Shown in pieces: positions 1 through 13,080 of a stretch of DNA of 64,000 nucleotides. The stretch lies in NCBI GenBank assembly GCA_016748015.1, contig JAAOMT010000436.1, positions 2,129,037 through 2,193,036 of the forward strand, written 5' to 3'. Within the stretch, counting starts at the first letter, position 1, and every line of letters starts with the position of its first letter. Made by a program: the position numbers and the translations under genes. Origin of the DNA: Geosiphon pyriformis uo1 (Eukaryota; Fungi; Glomeromycota). Below the pieces are notes generated by a model, which was not told where the DNA came from, made no database searches, and saw nothing but the letters and a program-made list of their open reading frames with translations.

Positions 1-268
1 CAAGAACCAGTCTTAGGTATTTTAAAGAGAAAAGAGAAATCACATCTCTTTATATGTATCAGAAGTACAACCAGCAACAAGGAGTGAAACCAACTACTCA
101 AATAAATACGTAACCGGAATTTTTTTAATTAGTCGTCGAAAGGGTGTGGTGTTCAAATACTTGCTTTGAAAACAAAGTTATAGAAATTATAAAAGAAATT
201 ATGAAAGTCAACCATAATTGAAATAGATTTTGCTTAAACTTTTTATTGTTGAGACCACTTTCTAACAA

Positions 269-935
269 TGTGATACTTTATTACTTATTTTTATATTTAA
301 TAACTTGTTCAGTGAAACAAGACTTAATGTGAAATAGTGATAACACATGATTTGAAAGATCGAAAGTAATAGAACAATTTGAAATGGTGATAACAAGTAA
401 GTAAAAGATCATAAAAAATGTGATTCCAAATGGTGATAAAGAATATGGGAAGACATACTTAAGATTGTAATGACAAGTATTTAGAGCATAGAAAGTGAAG
501 AGAGAATGTAAAGAGTAAAGGAAAAGACTAACTGCTCACTATAAAACTATAGCAAAGAGTTGGCTCAGTATTGAACTGATACTTTCCTGAGCTGACAGAG
601 GGGCTGTATATATAGCTAAATTATATCAGATCTACATACTATATTAGAACTATTTAAAATACATCAATTATTTATATACATTTAATTAATCAATTTATGA
701 TGAGCTTACTCGGCATGTTATTTTCTCAGAGCTAGTGATTTTTAGATGATCAGATTTAGATGGCTGGATCTAGAACATTAATTGTCAATCAATGATACCA
801 ATTGTGATTATGATCAACATAATCAGAAGTAGATCAATTGATTACATTTCTTAGTAACTACTTTTAATCATTGATTGCAGATCTGAAATGTTAGATTGTT
901 CTAATAAGAGCATATGAGAATTTTGGAGCATAACA
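269..935 (-). mobile_element. Putative solo LTR / LTR-like repeat
   Basis: ~667 bp bounded by TG...CA (tgtga..taaca). On the minus strand it has short internal repeats, a TATA-like gctatatata and a pyrimidine-rich 3' part, like the LTRs at 50251/57237. No matching TSD found (acaa vs aaac). A second LTR-like end (gtaaca) lies at ~1214. Confidence 0.4.
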
Positions 936-1214
936 AAACCTGTTGTTATCTGATTACATGCATCAATCATTCATTTCCATTGGTGTTTCTTAGTTTGCCA
1001 AGATTTTTTTATATCCAACTTAGTTAAACTGTTGAATTGTGCCATATTTCTTTGTTGTAATTAGATTAATTGCTGATCATTTATTTCCAAATTGCCAGCT
1101 GATTTTGTTGATTAAGTGTAATAATGTAGGCCTTTTTCGCATGATTTTGATGTTAATTTCCATTGTATGTGTTGTAATTTTTGCATTGAAAAGTGTAAAA
1201 ATCTTCTGGTAACA

Positions 1215-4200
1215 TCATGTTGTTGGGTGAGTTGTTCTCTGGTGCTGAATCACGTGAGGATATGGATGCTATATGGGCAGTTTTAGAGGAAGCTGTAGTG
1301 GAGTTTACTGATGTGACGTTTTTAAGATATTGGTTTAACAAATTTAGGTGTTTGAGAAACAAACATTCTTCTAAGTTTTTTGGTTTGGAATTGTTGGTGG
1401 CCAAGATTGTCAAAGCATTTCGCTCTGATGATCTGCCTAAAGTCAATTGTCTTGTAAGTAGGTGGTCAACTTTGGATGATGTTAAGGCTCATGCTTTTGA
1501 TGTCTTATTCTGCTCAAGTGTAAAGTCTGAAGTTATTGTTAAACATTTGTCATTGGTTTGCAGAGACTACAGAAGGTCAAAGATGTTTGAGTTGAGGTTG
1601 GTTGAGAAAGCTTCTATCAGAAAGGCAATTGAGAGATGCATAGAAAATTTTTGTTTGGATAAAGATAGTATAATCAAAAGTGTATTGAACAGACCCTTTC
1701 ACAAGGTGGTGTTGGATTACTTAGTGGTTAACAATAAGCTGATTCTAGAACCTGAAGAGGTGAAGTTGAGTGTGGACAAGATCATGGAGAGATGAACAAG
1801 GAAGTGCTCAATGCTTTTAGTGCTCTCTGACCTTTGGGCCCATCAGTATGCATCTTTGGAATATGTTTGGAATGATGCTTTTTCTGGTGTTATGTGTGCA
1901 GTCAATATGGATGAGTTGCTTTTAGTTGTTTTTAGTCTGTCTGATGGCAAGACTGCTGGTTTGTCTGGTATTCTGAATGAGCTGTGAAAACATAGTGGTA
2001 AGGTGGCTCTGAGGTGCCTGTTAAAGCTGTTAAATGTGTGTTTGACTGTTAGTTTGGTGCCTGCTTTGTGGAAAGAGGCATGGGTTTCAATGATTCCTAA
2101 GTCTTATGACTGAAATGGGATTCTTACAAACACTCGGCCCATTGCTTTAATTGAAACTGCTAGGTAGATCTTTTCTAAGATTCTGTTTGATTGTATTTTG
2201 GTGGCTTGTAGCAAGTTTAATGTGCTTCAAGATAACAATTTTTCAGTGTTGAAGGATATGTCCACACAATCTCTGGTGTTTGCTATCAGGTCAGTAGTCA
2301 AGAATGCTCTTGAAAAGAATAGGGAAGTGTGGTTGGTTCTGCAGGAAATGCAGAAAGCCTACAATTTGGTGGGATGGCATCATTTAAGGGCTAGCTTATA
2401 ACATATCAAGATGTATAATAGATTTATTAGGTTTTTTGGCAGTATTCACAAGGACAGAGTTAACAGGGTGATGACTGATTTTGGTTTGTCTGGTGGTTAT
2501 AAGGTACATAATGGACTAGATTAGGGTGAGGTCTTTTCATCTCTTTTGTAGAGAATCTTTTATGACCTTCTTTTGTGTGAAGTCAAGAGACATAAACAAT
2601 TGTGTGGGTATCAAATTGATACTAGGTTTGTTTTGAAGACTAGACAGATTGAGAGTGGTGGAAGTCTTACCTTGTATTTTTCAGCTGGTGCATTTGTTGA
2701 TAATACAATTTGGGTTGGAAATTGTCAAGCCTCCACTTAGTACACTTTGAACATTGCCAGTGAGTTTTTTGAGGTTAATGATATTTCTATCAACAGTGAG
2801 AAGACTGTGGCTATTCCTATTAATCAGGATATTAAAGTTGCTTCATTGAATATTTGTGGACAGCCTATTTCAATTGCTAAGAAGGGCAAGATGCATCACT
2901 ATCTGGGTATCTTTTTGTTTACTGAGAGGTTGTCCAAACCAAGTGTCACCAAAGCTCATGCTGATATTTGTTTTTTTGTTAACGTTATGCTTAGAAAGGC
3001 TATTACAGATAAGCAGTTCTTGTATTTGGTTTCGGCTGTCTTGCAGTCTATTGTCAGCTATCATATTCAGTTTAGCTTTGTCCCTTTTAGTGTTTGTTGC
3101 AAGTGGAATGTATTGGTTAGGAAGAGCCTTAGGTCTAAAGCTTGTCTTTTTCATGACTTTCCTAATGCCACTTTGCATCATTTCTCATTGTATGGCCTAA
3201 AACCCTTTGAGCAGGTGCAGTCTAAAGGGAAAGTGACTGCTCTAATAATGTTCTTTAATGCCTTTGGTATTCTTGGGCATTTGTTTAGTCATAGATTTCT
3301 GGATTTGCAAGTTCTGGGTTGGGCTCCTCTGGACCCTTTGCAGTTTTCTGTCAGATTACGTGTTAATCCAGTGAACAATTTTCTGGCTGGATTGTTTAAG
3401 ATCTTTTTGGACAATGAGCTATCTTTGGCAAACAATTTCCTCACTGCTTTTCATAATTCTGGCCATTTTTCTTTGTCTTTTATTCTTGGAAAGTCTCTGT
3501 ATTTTGATTTGGTTAAATCTCTCAAATGTTTTGGTATTGCCTTTGGTAATCAGCTTTTTGATAAGAAAAGTGACTTGTTGGACTGGAAGACTTTTTGCCA
3601 TTGGAAGAGATTAGATCTGTGTAGTTCTGTACCTCATTGGTTTGTGGTTGCATCTAAGTTTTTTCTGGATAAGGGGTTCTCATCATCTGACACTCCTGGT
3701 TTTTTTGAGCTACATAGATTGGATGTATTGGGGTCTAGTAAGTTTTCTGCTATAAAAGATAGATTGCATGATGTTTGGTTGGGCTTTTTTGAAGTTTATA
3801 CAGATGGGTCCTTGAAGAATGCTGGCTCTGCTGAGGTTGTGGGTGATGTTGCTACATATTTTTCGGCCTTGGATCTAAGTGTTGGTGTTGTAGTTCGGGA
3901 CCTTTTTTCTTCTACCATGGCCAAATTACAGACTGTTGCTTTGTCTTTGGAGTGTGTTCCTTTTTCTAATACTGTAGTGTTGTATCTTAACAGTTAGGCT
4001 GCCATTAATACATGTGTATCTGAGATGTCTCTTGCCACCCCTGATTTTTGTAATCAATGCTGGCTTGAGAGGCATCATATTTTTAATTTGGTCAGGGATA
4101 AGAATCTTAATGTGAGTTGAGCTAAAGTTAAAGGCCATTCCAGAATTCCTGGTAATGTAAGAGCTGACTTGGCTGTTGGGACTGCCTCTGGGTCTCCCTT

Positions 4201-5219
4201 TTTACTGTTGGCCAATATGTGTAAACACTTTCTGGTTGCTGAAGGTACTGCTGTTTCTGGTAATGCTCATCATTTTGTCCAGGATATTTTTTGGTCTGTT
4301 TGTTGTGCTTATTGGGAAGCTGGCCCTAGCTGCAATGTGGTTCTAAATGTGATGGTTGGTTGTATGGACTGGGTTACTACTGTAAGAGTGTGACATCCTG
4401 ATTCTTATATGCTCGCTGGTTTCACTAGTGACAAGTCTTTGACATTCTGCTCTTATATGATGAAAGCTATGCACAGGAAATTGCCGGTGGCAGTCAGAAA
4501 GAGGCTGTATAATAGATGTTACTCTGATGTGCTGTGTCTGTTGTGTGGTGGTGTGGAGTTCTCTGATCATGCTTTTACTTGTGTTCATGAGTCTGACATT
4601 CGCAATGAGATCTTGGCTGAGGCTTCTGTTTGTTGATCTACTGTGGCTGGTGTTTTTAATTGTTTTTCATCTATTGTGTTATGAGTACTGTCTCAATGTT
4701 CCATTGATGTTGGGTTGTATGCTTTGGTATGTAAAGAGTTTGTGCTGGATGAGTGGCTTAGGGAGGCTTGTTGTGTTGTTAATGACCAAAAATTGGCTGT
4801 TGCTCGGATTGTTAATTTTGTAAGATTTATTGTTGAGTTGCATTGTGCTAGAGTGTAATTGGTGAGATCTAACCATTGGGTAATGATAGAAAAGGCTGGT
4901 TTGGTTTGGGATGGTGGTGTTGTTTCTGGGCTTTTTCGTGATGTGTCTTCTTTGTTTTCTGATGGTGTTGTTAGGTTGCTTGGTATGACTAAGTCTTTTG
5001 CTGTTAGCTTTGGTTATCAAAAGCCATGTAGTTTCTTCTTTGGTCTGAGGGGTGGTGTACAAGTTATTATAGGTGTGTAGTGTTGTCTTGACTGGCCTGA
5101 ATGGCTAGTCATGTATAGTAAGCACATGAATCATGTTTAGTTTGAGCCTCTTAGTTTGGCTCTATGTACTAGATAGTGATTGGGCTTCACTCGTTAAATC
5201 TTTTAATAAAAAAAAAAAA
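1215..5219 (+). mobile_element. LINE copy 1, 5'-truncated or interrupted; ORF2 pseudogene (RT, RNase H, C-terminal Cys/His finger), 3' UTR, poly(A)
   Basis: RT motifs TRPIALIET and GAFVD(N); RNase H EVYTDGS...KVKGHS..GN..AD; CLLC..VEFSDHAFTC; ORF2 stop at 5080; AATAAA/A-tail at 5205-5219; many in-frame stops. Confidence 0.92.
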
Positions 5220-5485
5220 TTAAGATTTATTAAAATTTAATAATTTTTTTTTATAATAATGTTAAATATGTATTGTTTTATAATAGTATTAATTATTTTT
5301 TTTTGTAACTTTTTAAAATATTAATTGGGTATTTTTTTTATCTAATTAATTATTAATATTTTTATGATTAAAAATAATTTTTTAATTTTTTAAAAAAAAT
5401 AATATATAATTAAACAATTTTATAATATATTATTAAATTGTTTTTTCAATTAATTAATTTTTTACTTAATATATTATAAAAAAAA

Positions 5486-8400
5486 CTTATTTTTTTTTTC
5501 CTTTCAAATTTTTCAAAAAGTATTTTTTTGAAAAAGAAGTTTTTGTTTTTTATTTTTTCCTGTTAATTTCTTATAATATTTTTCAAACAAATAATCTCTT
5601 TGTAATAAACTTGATAGCTGCTTTAGGTAGCAATATGTTGAAAAAAAAAGTATCTAAGAGTGCTTTACAAGATCTTGTTGAAGGTTTTTTTTTTCTAGAA
5701 AAATAAGGTTTTAGTTGGCAATATCAAGTATTTTGACAATGAAAAAGATATATTTTTGGTCAAATTTGTTGTTGGCAGTAGTATATATTCAGATAAGAAC
5801 AGTATATTTGGTAATAATAAAGATAATGATATGTTTTTAGATAATAATAGTGGCTCTCTCTTCAATTTAGCAGCAAATACTTTTAAGACAAAAAAAAAGA
5901 CAAATATTGATTTAGAATATTGTTCTCTTTTTGGTTCTATTAATTATGATATAAATAAAGATGGTAGGTCTCTTCTTTTTCCCCTCAACATCTCTTTGGA
6001 GAACAGGTAGATTAATCTTAAAATTGTGAAAACTCATGTTAAAATACCAGTCAAAAAATTCTTTGTCTTAGACATTAATTTTTTAGCAATAAAAGGCAAA
6101 TCTATGACAGTAAAAACTCAGTTTATCAAGAAGTTATTTTCAATAATCAATGGTTTTGGGGGGGCCACTACCCCCTTAAAATTTGAAGGAATTATCTGAT
6201 CAATATTTACTTCTAAAGAAAGCTGCATTATTGGTTAAAAATAAGGATATTAAAGTAAATAGCAATTTCAAGAGACAAAAAATCAGGTCGGATTAGGCTG
6301 TGATTATTAAAAAAATTCTCATGAACACACCAAAAGAGATAATTGTTGTCACAGTAGCCAAGTATGATCAAATAATGTTTATCAAGTTGTAATTAGTTGG
6401 GCTGTAGCAAAAAACTGTGGTAGAATTTGCCAAATCAGATTAGACTAATTGGTTGGTCTCAAAATGGTTATTTCTAATCAGGAAAAATTCTGTGCATGTA
6501 GTCAAGACTGTAAAAGATTGTAAAACTTGGATATCTAAGAATCAGTTTAGAGCACTTTTGTTTATCTTGTTTATGGAAACAACAGCTTATAATCTAAGCA
6601 CTTTGTTGAAAGAGACTGGTGAGAAAACTAGTATTATAAATTATTCTCTGAAAACTGATAATAGAATTTATTATGCTGTGATTGGCTTTGGCTCTAATAA
6701 GAAATTGGATTCTGTTTTTTGCACAGAGCTGATTTTTGATAGAGTAAAGCTCTCTTGGGCTAGATTGAATCTGGTTTGTTGTAAAAAATATGAGTGTTTT
6801 GGATATTCTGCTTTTGAGTATAATACATCAGATGTATCTGTTCTATTATTTACTAAAAGACCCTATAAAAAAGCTGCTTTTAAAGAAAATTACTTTCAAC
6901 TTACCAAGTTGTACAAAAAGAAAAATGTTTTAATTTCTTATTCTGCTGTTTTTGGTGGCAAATTTTGGGCCCAAATGGTCTCATTTGCTGGTTTTTCTGG
7001 TAATACTCACTTCAGTTTTGGTTCTGGTTCTTTTATTTCTGGTGTTTTAGATTCAGGTAGTAGTATTTCTTCTATTTCAACTGATATCTCATCTTTAAGT
7101 GGTTGTTTGGTCTCTTTGAAATGCTTCTTGAAGCTTTTAACAGATCAGGTTTTTGGTTTAGTGTGTAAACTCAATAATATAAAATTGGTATCTTTGACTT
7201 CTCTCTTTTCCTCTTATGTTTTGGCTATTTCAATGGCTGTCAAGTTAGATCCAGGTTTGAATATGATTTTGGATGGTCCTAAATTGATGCTTCCATCTTT
7301 TTTTCTTGTTTCCTCTAGTGTCTCAGCTTTGGATCCAAGTAGTTTAAAAGTTTTAACTACTAAGATAGGATGTTTGGAATCGAAATTGGTGGCTCTTAAA
7401 GCCTCTGTTGGTTCAGTTCTGGTGAAATTAAATCAATTGTGTACTGGTCTGGGTCTTTTGGTATCTTTTTTCAATTAATGAGTAAATTAGTATAAAAGAT
7501 TGCTACATGTAATGTTTGGAGTATTAATGTCTCTGTTAAGCAGGAAGACATTATTTGCTGACATAAAAATTTTGGAAATATGGTTTCAATTGTTATGGAA
7601 ATGAAGTTAAAATTTAGCATTAGGCCATAAATTATGAACAAGTTTAATGGAATGAAAATTTTTTCATCTGGTTTGGACAAAAAGTTTCTTGGTACTAAGA
7701 TAACAATTATTATAAACAATTTTGTTGTGTATCATGTTTTTAAGGTTAAGAAAGTTTCTGGTTAAGTTATTTTGGTGTGGCTTTTTATCAAGAGCAAGTT
7801 TTTAGTTTTAATTCTAGGTTTATATGCTGGTGCTTTTGCTGAGATTAGATTTAGTCTTGCTTTAAAAGTCAATTTTTTTATAGTTAAAGCAGTCAACTCT
7901 AGTAGTTTCATGATTGTGAGTAAGGATTTCAATAAAAATAGATCTAAAAAAAGTGTGAGTTTTAGATTTTGCTTGGATTTGGGTCTGGTTAATTTGTTTA
8001 GTGGACATCCTTTAGTTAAGACTTTTACTTAAAACAATTTTAGAGGTGCTAAAAAGGTTATTGACTTCATTTTCATGAACCAGAGTCTGACATCTATTGT
8101 TACTGATTATGGGATTAATTCTGTTTCTGATTTCTTTGATACTAATTACAAAGCTGTTTTAATTGCATTTGGTTTGGGTGGTCTTCTGGATATTCATTTT
8201 GGTATAGAGCATAAGCAGGCAAATAGAGATAAATAAAGATTTAAGATTAAAGATACTAGTGCTAACAAGTGGTCCCAGTTCAAAGAAAGCTCTTTGGACA
8301 AATTCTGTAGATTGTAGCTTTGATTTAATAGTGCAAGAGATAATAATAATTTAGATACTATATGGAATATTTTAAGAGATGTTGTGATCTGTTCTATTGA

Positions 8401-11400
8401 TAAGGTGTTTTTTAAGCTGTGATTCAATAAAATTGACTGTTCTAAGAATAAGCTTTTGTCAAGGTTTTTCAAGCTAGAGTTGTTGATATTAAAACTCATG
8501 AAAAGTATAGATTTAGGTTAGTGTTTAAATGCCATTTACTTTCTTGATATTTGGTTTACTATTAACATAGAAGAAATGGTCAAAGTACATATAATGTTTG
8601 ATAATAGTGTAAAAATAGAGATAATTCAGGTTTATTTGTTAAAAGTCAAAAAGAGTTATTGAAAGTCCAAATATTATGAATTTAGAGTTGTCAGAGATAA
8701 TTCAATTAGGAAAGCTATAAATAAACAAATAGAAAACTTTTAAAATTAATCTTTTCAGAAAGTTGTTCTTGATCATTTAGTTGTAAATAATGAATTGATC
8801 TTGAAGCCAAGTGAAGTCAAATCTATGATTAACACAATTATGGAAAGATAAACAAGGAAGTGTGCTGTGTTTAGTGTGTAGTCCAAATATTGGTATAATT
8901 AATATGCTCCTCTAAATTATATAAATAATAATGTTTTTATAGAAGTTATGTGTATTATCAAATTTAATAAGTTTTTTTGTGCTGTTGGGAACCTATCTAA
9001 TGACAAAGCTGCTGGTTTTTTAGGTATCCCTAATGAGCTTTGGAAACATGATAATGAATGAGTTTTGGCTGGTTTATTGGATATATTCAATATGTATCTA
9101 ATATTGAGTTTGGTTCTCATACAATAAAAACAAGCTTAGGTTTTCATAATACCAAAGTTTTATGACTGGAAAAGAACTTTTACCAATACCAAACCAATAG
9201 TTTTGATTGAGACAGCCCAGAAGATTTTGTCAAAAATTTTTTCAGACAGAATTTTTTTGGTTTACAATAGATACAATGTCTTATATAACAACAATTTTTC
9301 TGTTTTTAAAAGCATGTTTACACAAACTCCAATTTTTGCTATTGGTTTATTAATAGAAAATGCATTGGAGAAAGACAGAGAGCTGTAGTTGGTTCTTCAA
9401 GATATGTAGAAGATATATGATTTAGTTGGATGATCTCACTTGTTTAACAGCTTAAGTAGAATTAAGATATGCTTTTGTTTTATTAAGTTTTTTTGTAATA
9501 TATACAACAATAGAACCAACTGGGTAATAACAAATTTTGGGCTTACTAATAAGTACATTGTTCATGATGGTTTGGACCAAAAAGAAGTGTTTTTACTATT
9601 GCTATGAAGAATTTTTTATAATATATTGCTTTGTGAGATTAAAAGGCATAAACAACTGTTTGGCTACAGAATAAGTTCAAAGTTTTTCACAAAGACTGGC
9701 AGGGCTAATTTTGGGAATAGCAAAACTTTTTTTTTTGCTGCAGGTGCCTTTGTTGATAACACTATTTGGATCGGAAATTGCATAACAGCTATACAATACA
9801 TTTTAGATATTGTTAGTAAGTTTTTTTCAATCAATAATATTTTGATCAATATAAACAAAACTGTAATCATTCTTATTAATCAAGATGTTAAGAAGGCTTT
9901 ATTGTTTATTAATGATTTGAAAATCTCAATAGCCAAAAAAGATAAATCTCATAGATATTTGGGTATTTTTCTGTTGACTGAAAGTTTTTCTAAGTCTAGT
10001 TTAGCCAAAGCTCATTTAGATGTTAGGTTCTTTTCCAATGTGGTTTTAAGAAAGGCCATTACTGAAAAGCAGTTTTTGTATTTGGTGTTTGCTGTTTTAT
10101 AGCCAATTATCAGTTATAAGTTGCAGTTTAGTTGTGCTTTAAAGAGTGTATATAAGAAATAAAACAAAATATTAAGAAAAGAGTTGGGACTTAAGGCTAA
10201 TTTGCCTAAAGATTTTTTGAATAAAGCATTATATTACTCCAAGTTGTATGGCTTAAGAACTTTTGAACAAGTGCTATCTGAAAACCTAATGGCTGGCTTG
10301 ATTAATTTTGCTAATGCTAATAGAATCTTTAGCAATTTGTTTGAGCATAGAGCTATGGATTTACAGGCTACTAGCTAAATGTTCCAATACTTTCTCTAAT
10401 TTCCAGTTATTTTGTCAATGAATTTTATAAATTGTTTTCTAACAGATGTGACATGCACTCTTACTTTTTGCAACCTGTTTCTTAATAATATACTGCTTGA
10501 TGTCTTTTGGGCTAAAAAAAATGTTATAATCATAGAGGTACTGGATTTGAACTGTTATTTGAACATAGCTAAGTTTTTTAAGAAATATGGCATTGTTTTT
10601 ATGAACTAGCTTCTGGACTGTTATGGCATGTGTGTTATGTAAAACACTTTTTATAAGTAAAAAAGACTGGATTTCAAAAGTCTAATTTCTGCTTGGTTCA
10701 GTTTATTGATTAAGTTTATTAATAATAGTAGTTTAATAAGTAATAAGTTATTAAGTTCTCATCTTACTTCTTTTGATCACTCTTGTAACTTTGGTTTTGT
10801 TCACAAATGTCTATTGAATTCTGGGCTGCATTCTGTGAAAGTTTTTATAAATGGCTTTGTAAAAAATTTGGGTTTAGTTGGTGCTCATGGTAGTGCTGCT
10901 GCTTATTTTCTTAATGCCAATATTAGTATTGAGATCAGAGTTAAGAATTTGCTGTCTTTGATTTTAGTGAAGCTACAAACCATTGCTCTTGCTTTAGAAT
11001 ACATGCTTACTTTTAGTTCAGTTACCTTATTTACAGATAACCAAACTTTATTGGACATTTACAACTTCAATAAGAGTATGTCTGGTCCCAATTTTTATGA
11101 TAAGTACTGGATTAAAAAGAAGTATATTTGTTATGTTATTTCAAATAGAGATTTATCTGTTTTTGGAAGAAAGTTAAGAGTCATTTTGGCATTGTTAGAA
11201 ATAAACATACTGATTTTTATATTAACACTACAACTGCTTCTAGTTCCATGTTGTCTCTTGACATATTACATTATTTTCTTAATATTAAAGACAAACTTAT
11301 CTCTAAAAATGTTTATTATTTTGTCAAGTGACTGTTTGGAACTGTTAATTTTGCTGGATGGGAGACCAAGTGTGCTAATGATGTCTGGAATACAAGCAGT

Positions 11401-12250
11401 GGTTTTGACTTTGATATGAATAAAACTTTTAGTGTTTGACATCCTAATGGCAAGATTTATTCTGGCTATATCAGCACATTATTGGTGACATTTTGATTCT
11501 ATTTTATAAAAGCTCTGTATTGCTGCTTATTGGTGGCCAAAAAGAAAAAATTATACAATCCCAGTTATCCAAATATGGTTTGCATCTGATGTAATATAGT
11601 AAAGGACTCTAATTACATATTTGTATATACATATAATAGTAGTATCAGAACAGATTTGTTGTCAAATGTAATCCTAAAATGAAGTAATATAGTAGATGTC
11701 TCTGCTAATAGTAGTGTAATTTCTAGGTCTTTATATAAAGCTAAGATATCAGCTAATTTATACATGGTTCTGGCTAAGAGCTTTGTGTTAAAAAGCTGAA
11801 TAATTAACATGATGTGCTATTTAGGCACTGGATTTAATAGTGATGAAATTGTTGTCAATATGATTCATGATCTGGTTAAAGATCACAAATCTGCTATTTG
11901 GCTGCCTACAGCCAAGTTAAAATCTTTTTCTAAGAAACATAATTTTATATTACATAATAGTTTTGTTTTTCTCTCAGTGTCTAGTTTGTTATTCTTATAA
12001 TATTCTGTTGTGATTCAATGTTTTAGTATTAGATTTGGTATTCATATTTGTTTTGATTTGTATTTTGATTTGTCCAAATTAGATTTTGGTTTTTTGCATG
12101 GAATTCTGTTTATGAATAAGTTAGATGTATAATGTTATCTTAATTGGTTCAAGTAATTGGTCATGTATAGAAAGTGCATAAGCTGTATTTAATTTAGAAT
12201 CTTGTTTGGTTTTATGTATTTAGATAACAGTTGGACTGCACTTGTTAAAT
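5486..12250 (+). mobile_element. LINE copy 2, full-length, degenerate (ORF1 ~5635-7481, ORF2 ~7478-12132)
   Basis: Conserved 5' end (aaaaaCTT-pyrimidine tract...aaaaagaagtttttg); ORF1 homologous to copy 4; APE endonuclease start (KIATCNV); RT AGAFVDNTIWIG; RNase H remnant; family 3' UTR. Confidence 0.9.
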
Positions 12251-13080
12251 ATTTATTTTGAGCTATTTAAATATAATATCTAAATATTTAATTGTTTTTA
12301 TTATTATTAATATATTAAACTATAAAAAATATTTTGCTTATATAAACAATTAAAATACAATTATTTTAAATTATTTTACTTATTTATTTAATAATATTAT
12401 TTGTATTTAACTTAATTTTAGAAATCTAAAACTTTTTAAAAACCAATAATTAAGCAAATATTTTTTTATTAACTTTATTATTTAAAATATTTATGTTTTT
12501 ATTATTATTATTTTTATATTTTGTTTTAAGCTTGATGATTTTTTTAAAAATTTTTATTTTTTTCTTAACTTTTTTAATTTAATATATAAAACAATAAAAA
12601 TTTTAATCAATCTAATAATTAATAAAACCAAAACACTAGTAAACTTAAGTAATAAAGCCAATTTAATTAATTTAAATTCTAAAAAAACCAATTTAATATC
12701 AATTACAAAAATAATATTACTAATATTATTAATAAATTTTTATATTTTTTAATGTAAAAATTATAATATATATTAAAAAAATTACTATTAAAATCATGTA
12801 AAAAAAGCTTATATTATTATATTTAATCAATAAAATTAGCTAGTAAATAGAAAACAAATAATTAATAATTAGTTTAATTACAACAAAAAAATATAATACA
12901 ATTTAATTATTTAATTAAATTAAATATAAATTTTTTTTGAAAAACTAAAAAACACCAATAAAAATTAAAATATATAATTTAATAATAATAAAGTTTATTA
13001 GATTTTAAAAAATTTTACATATCTTTAATTATATATTTTAATATTTTGATCCTATAATTATTATATTAAAATTTAAAAAA

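Noticed and set aside
1217-5080. In-frame TGA at Trp positions suggesting genetic code 4 (mitochondrial or Mollicutes endosymbiont DNA)
   Set aside because: TAG/TAA also replace Trp and Gln codons, at different positions in each copy, and the host genes are spliceosomal and standard-code. This is mutational decay.
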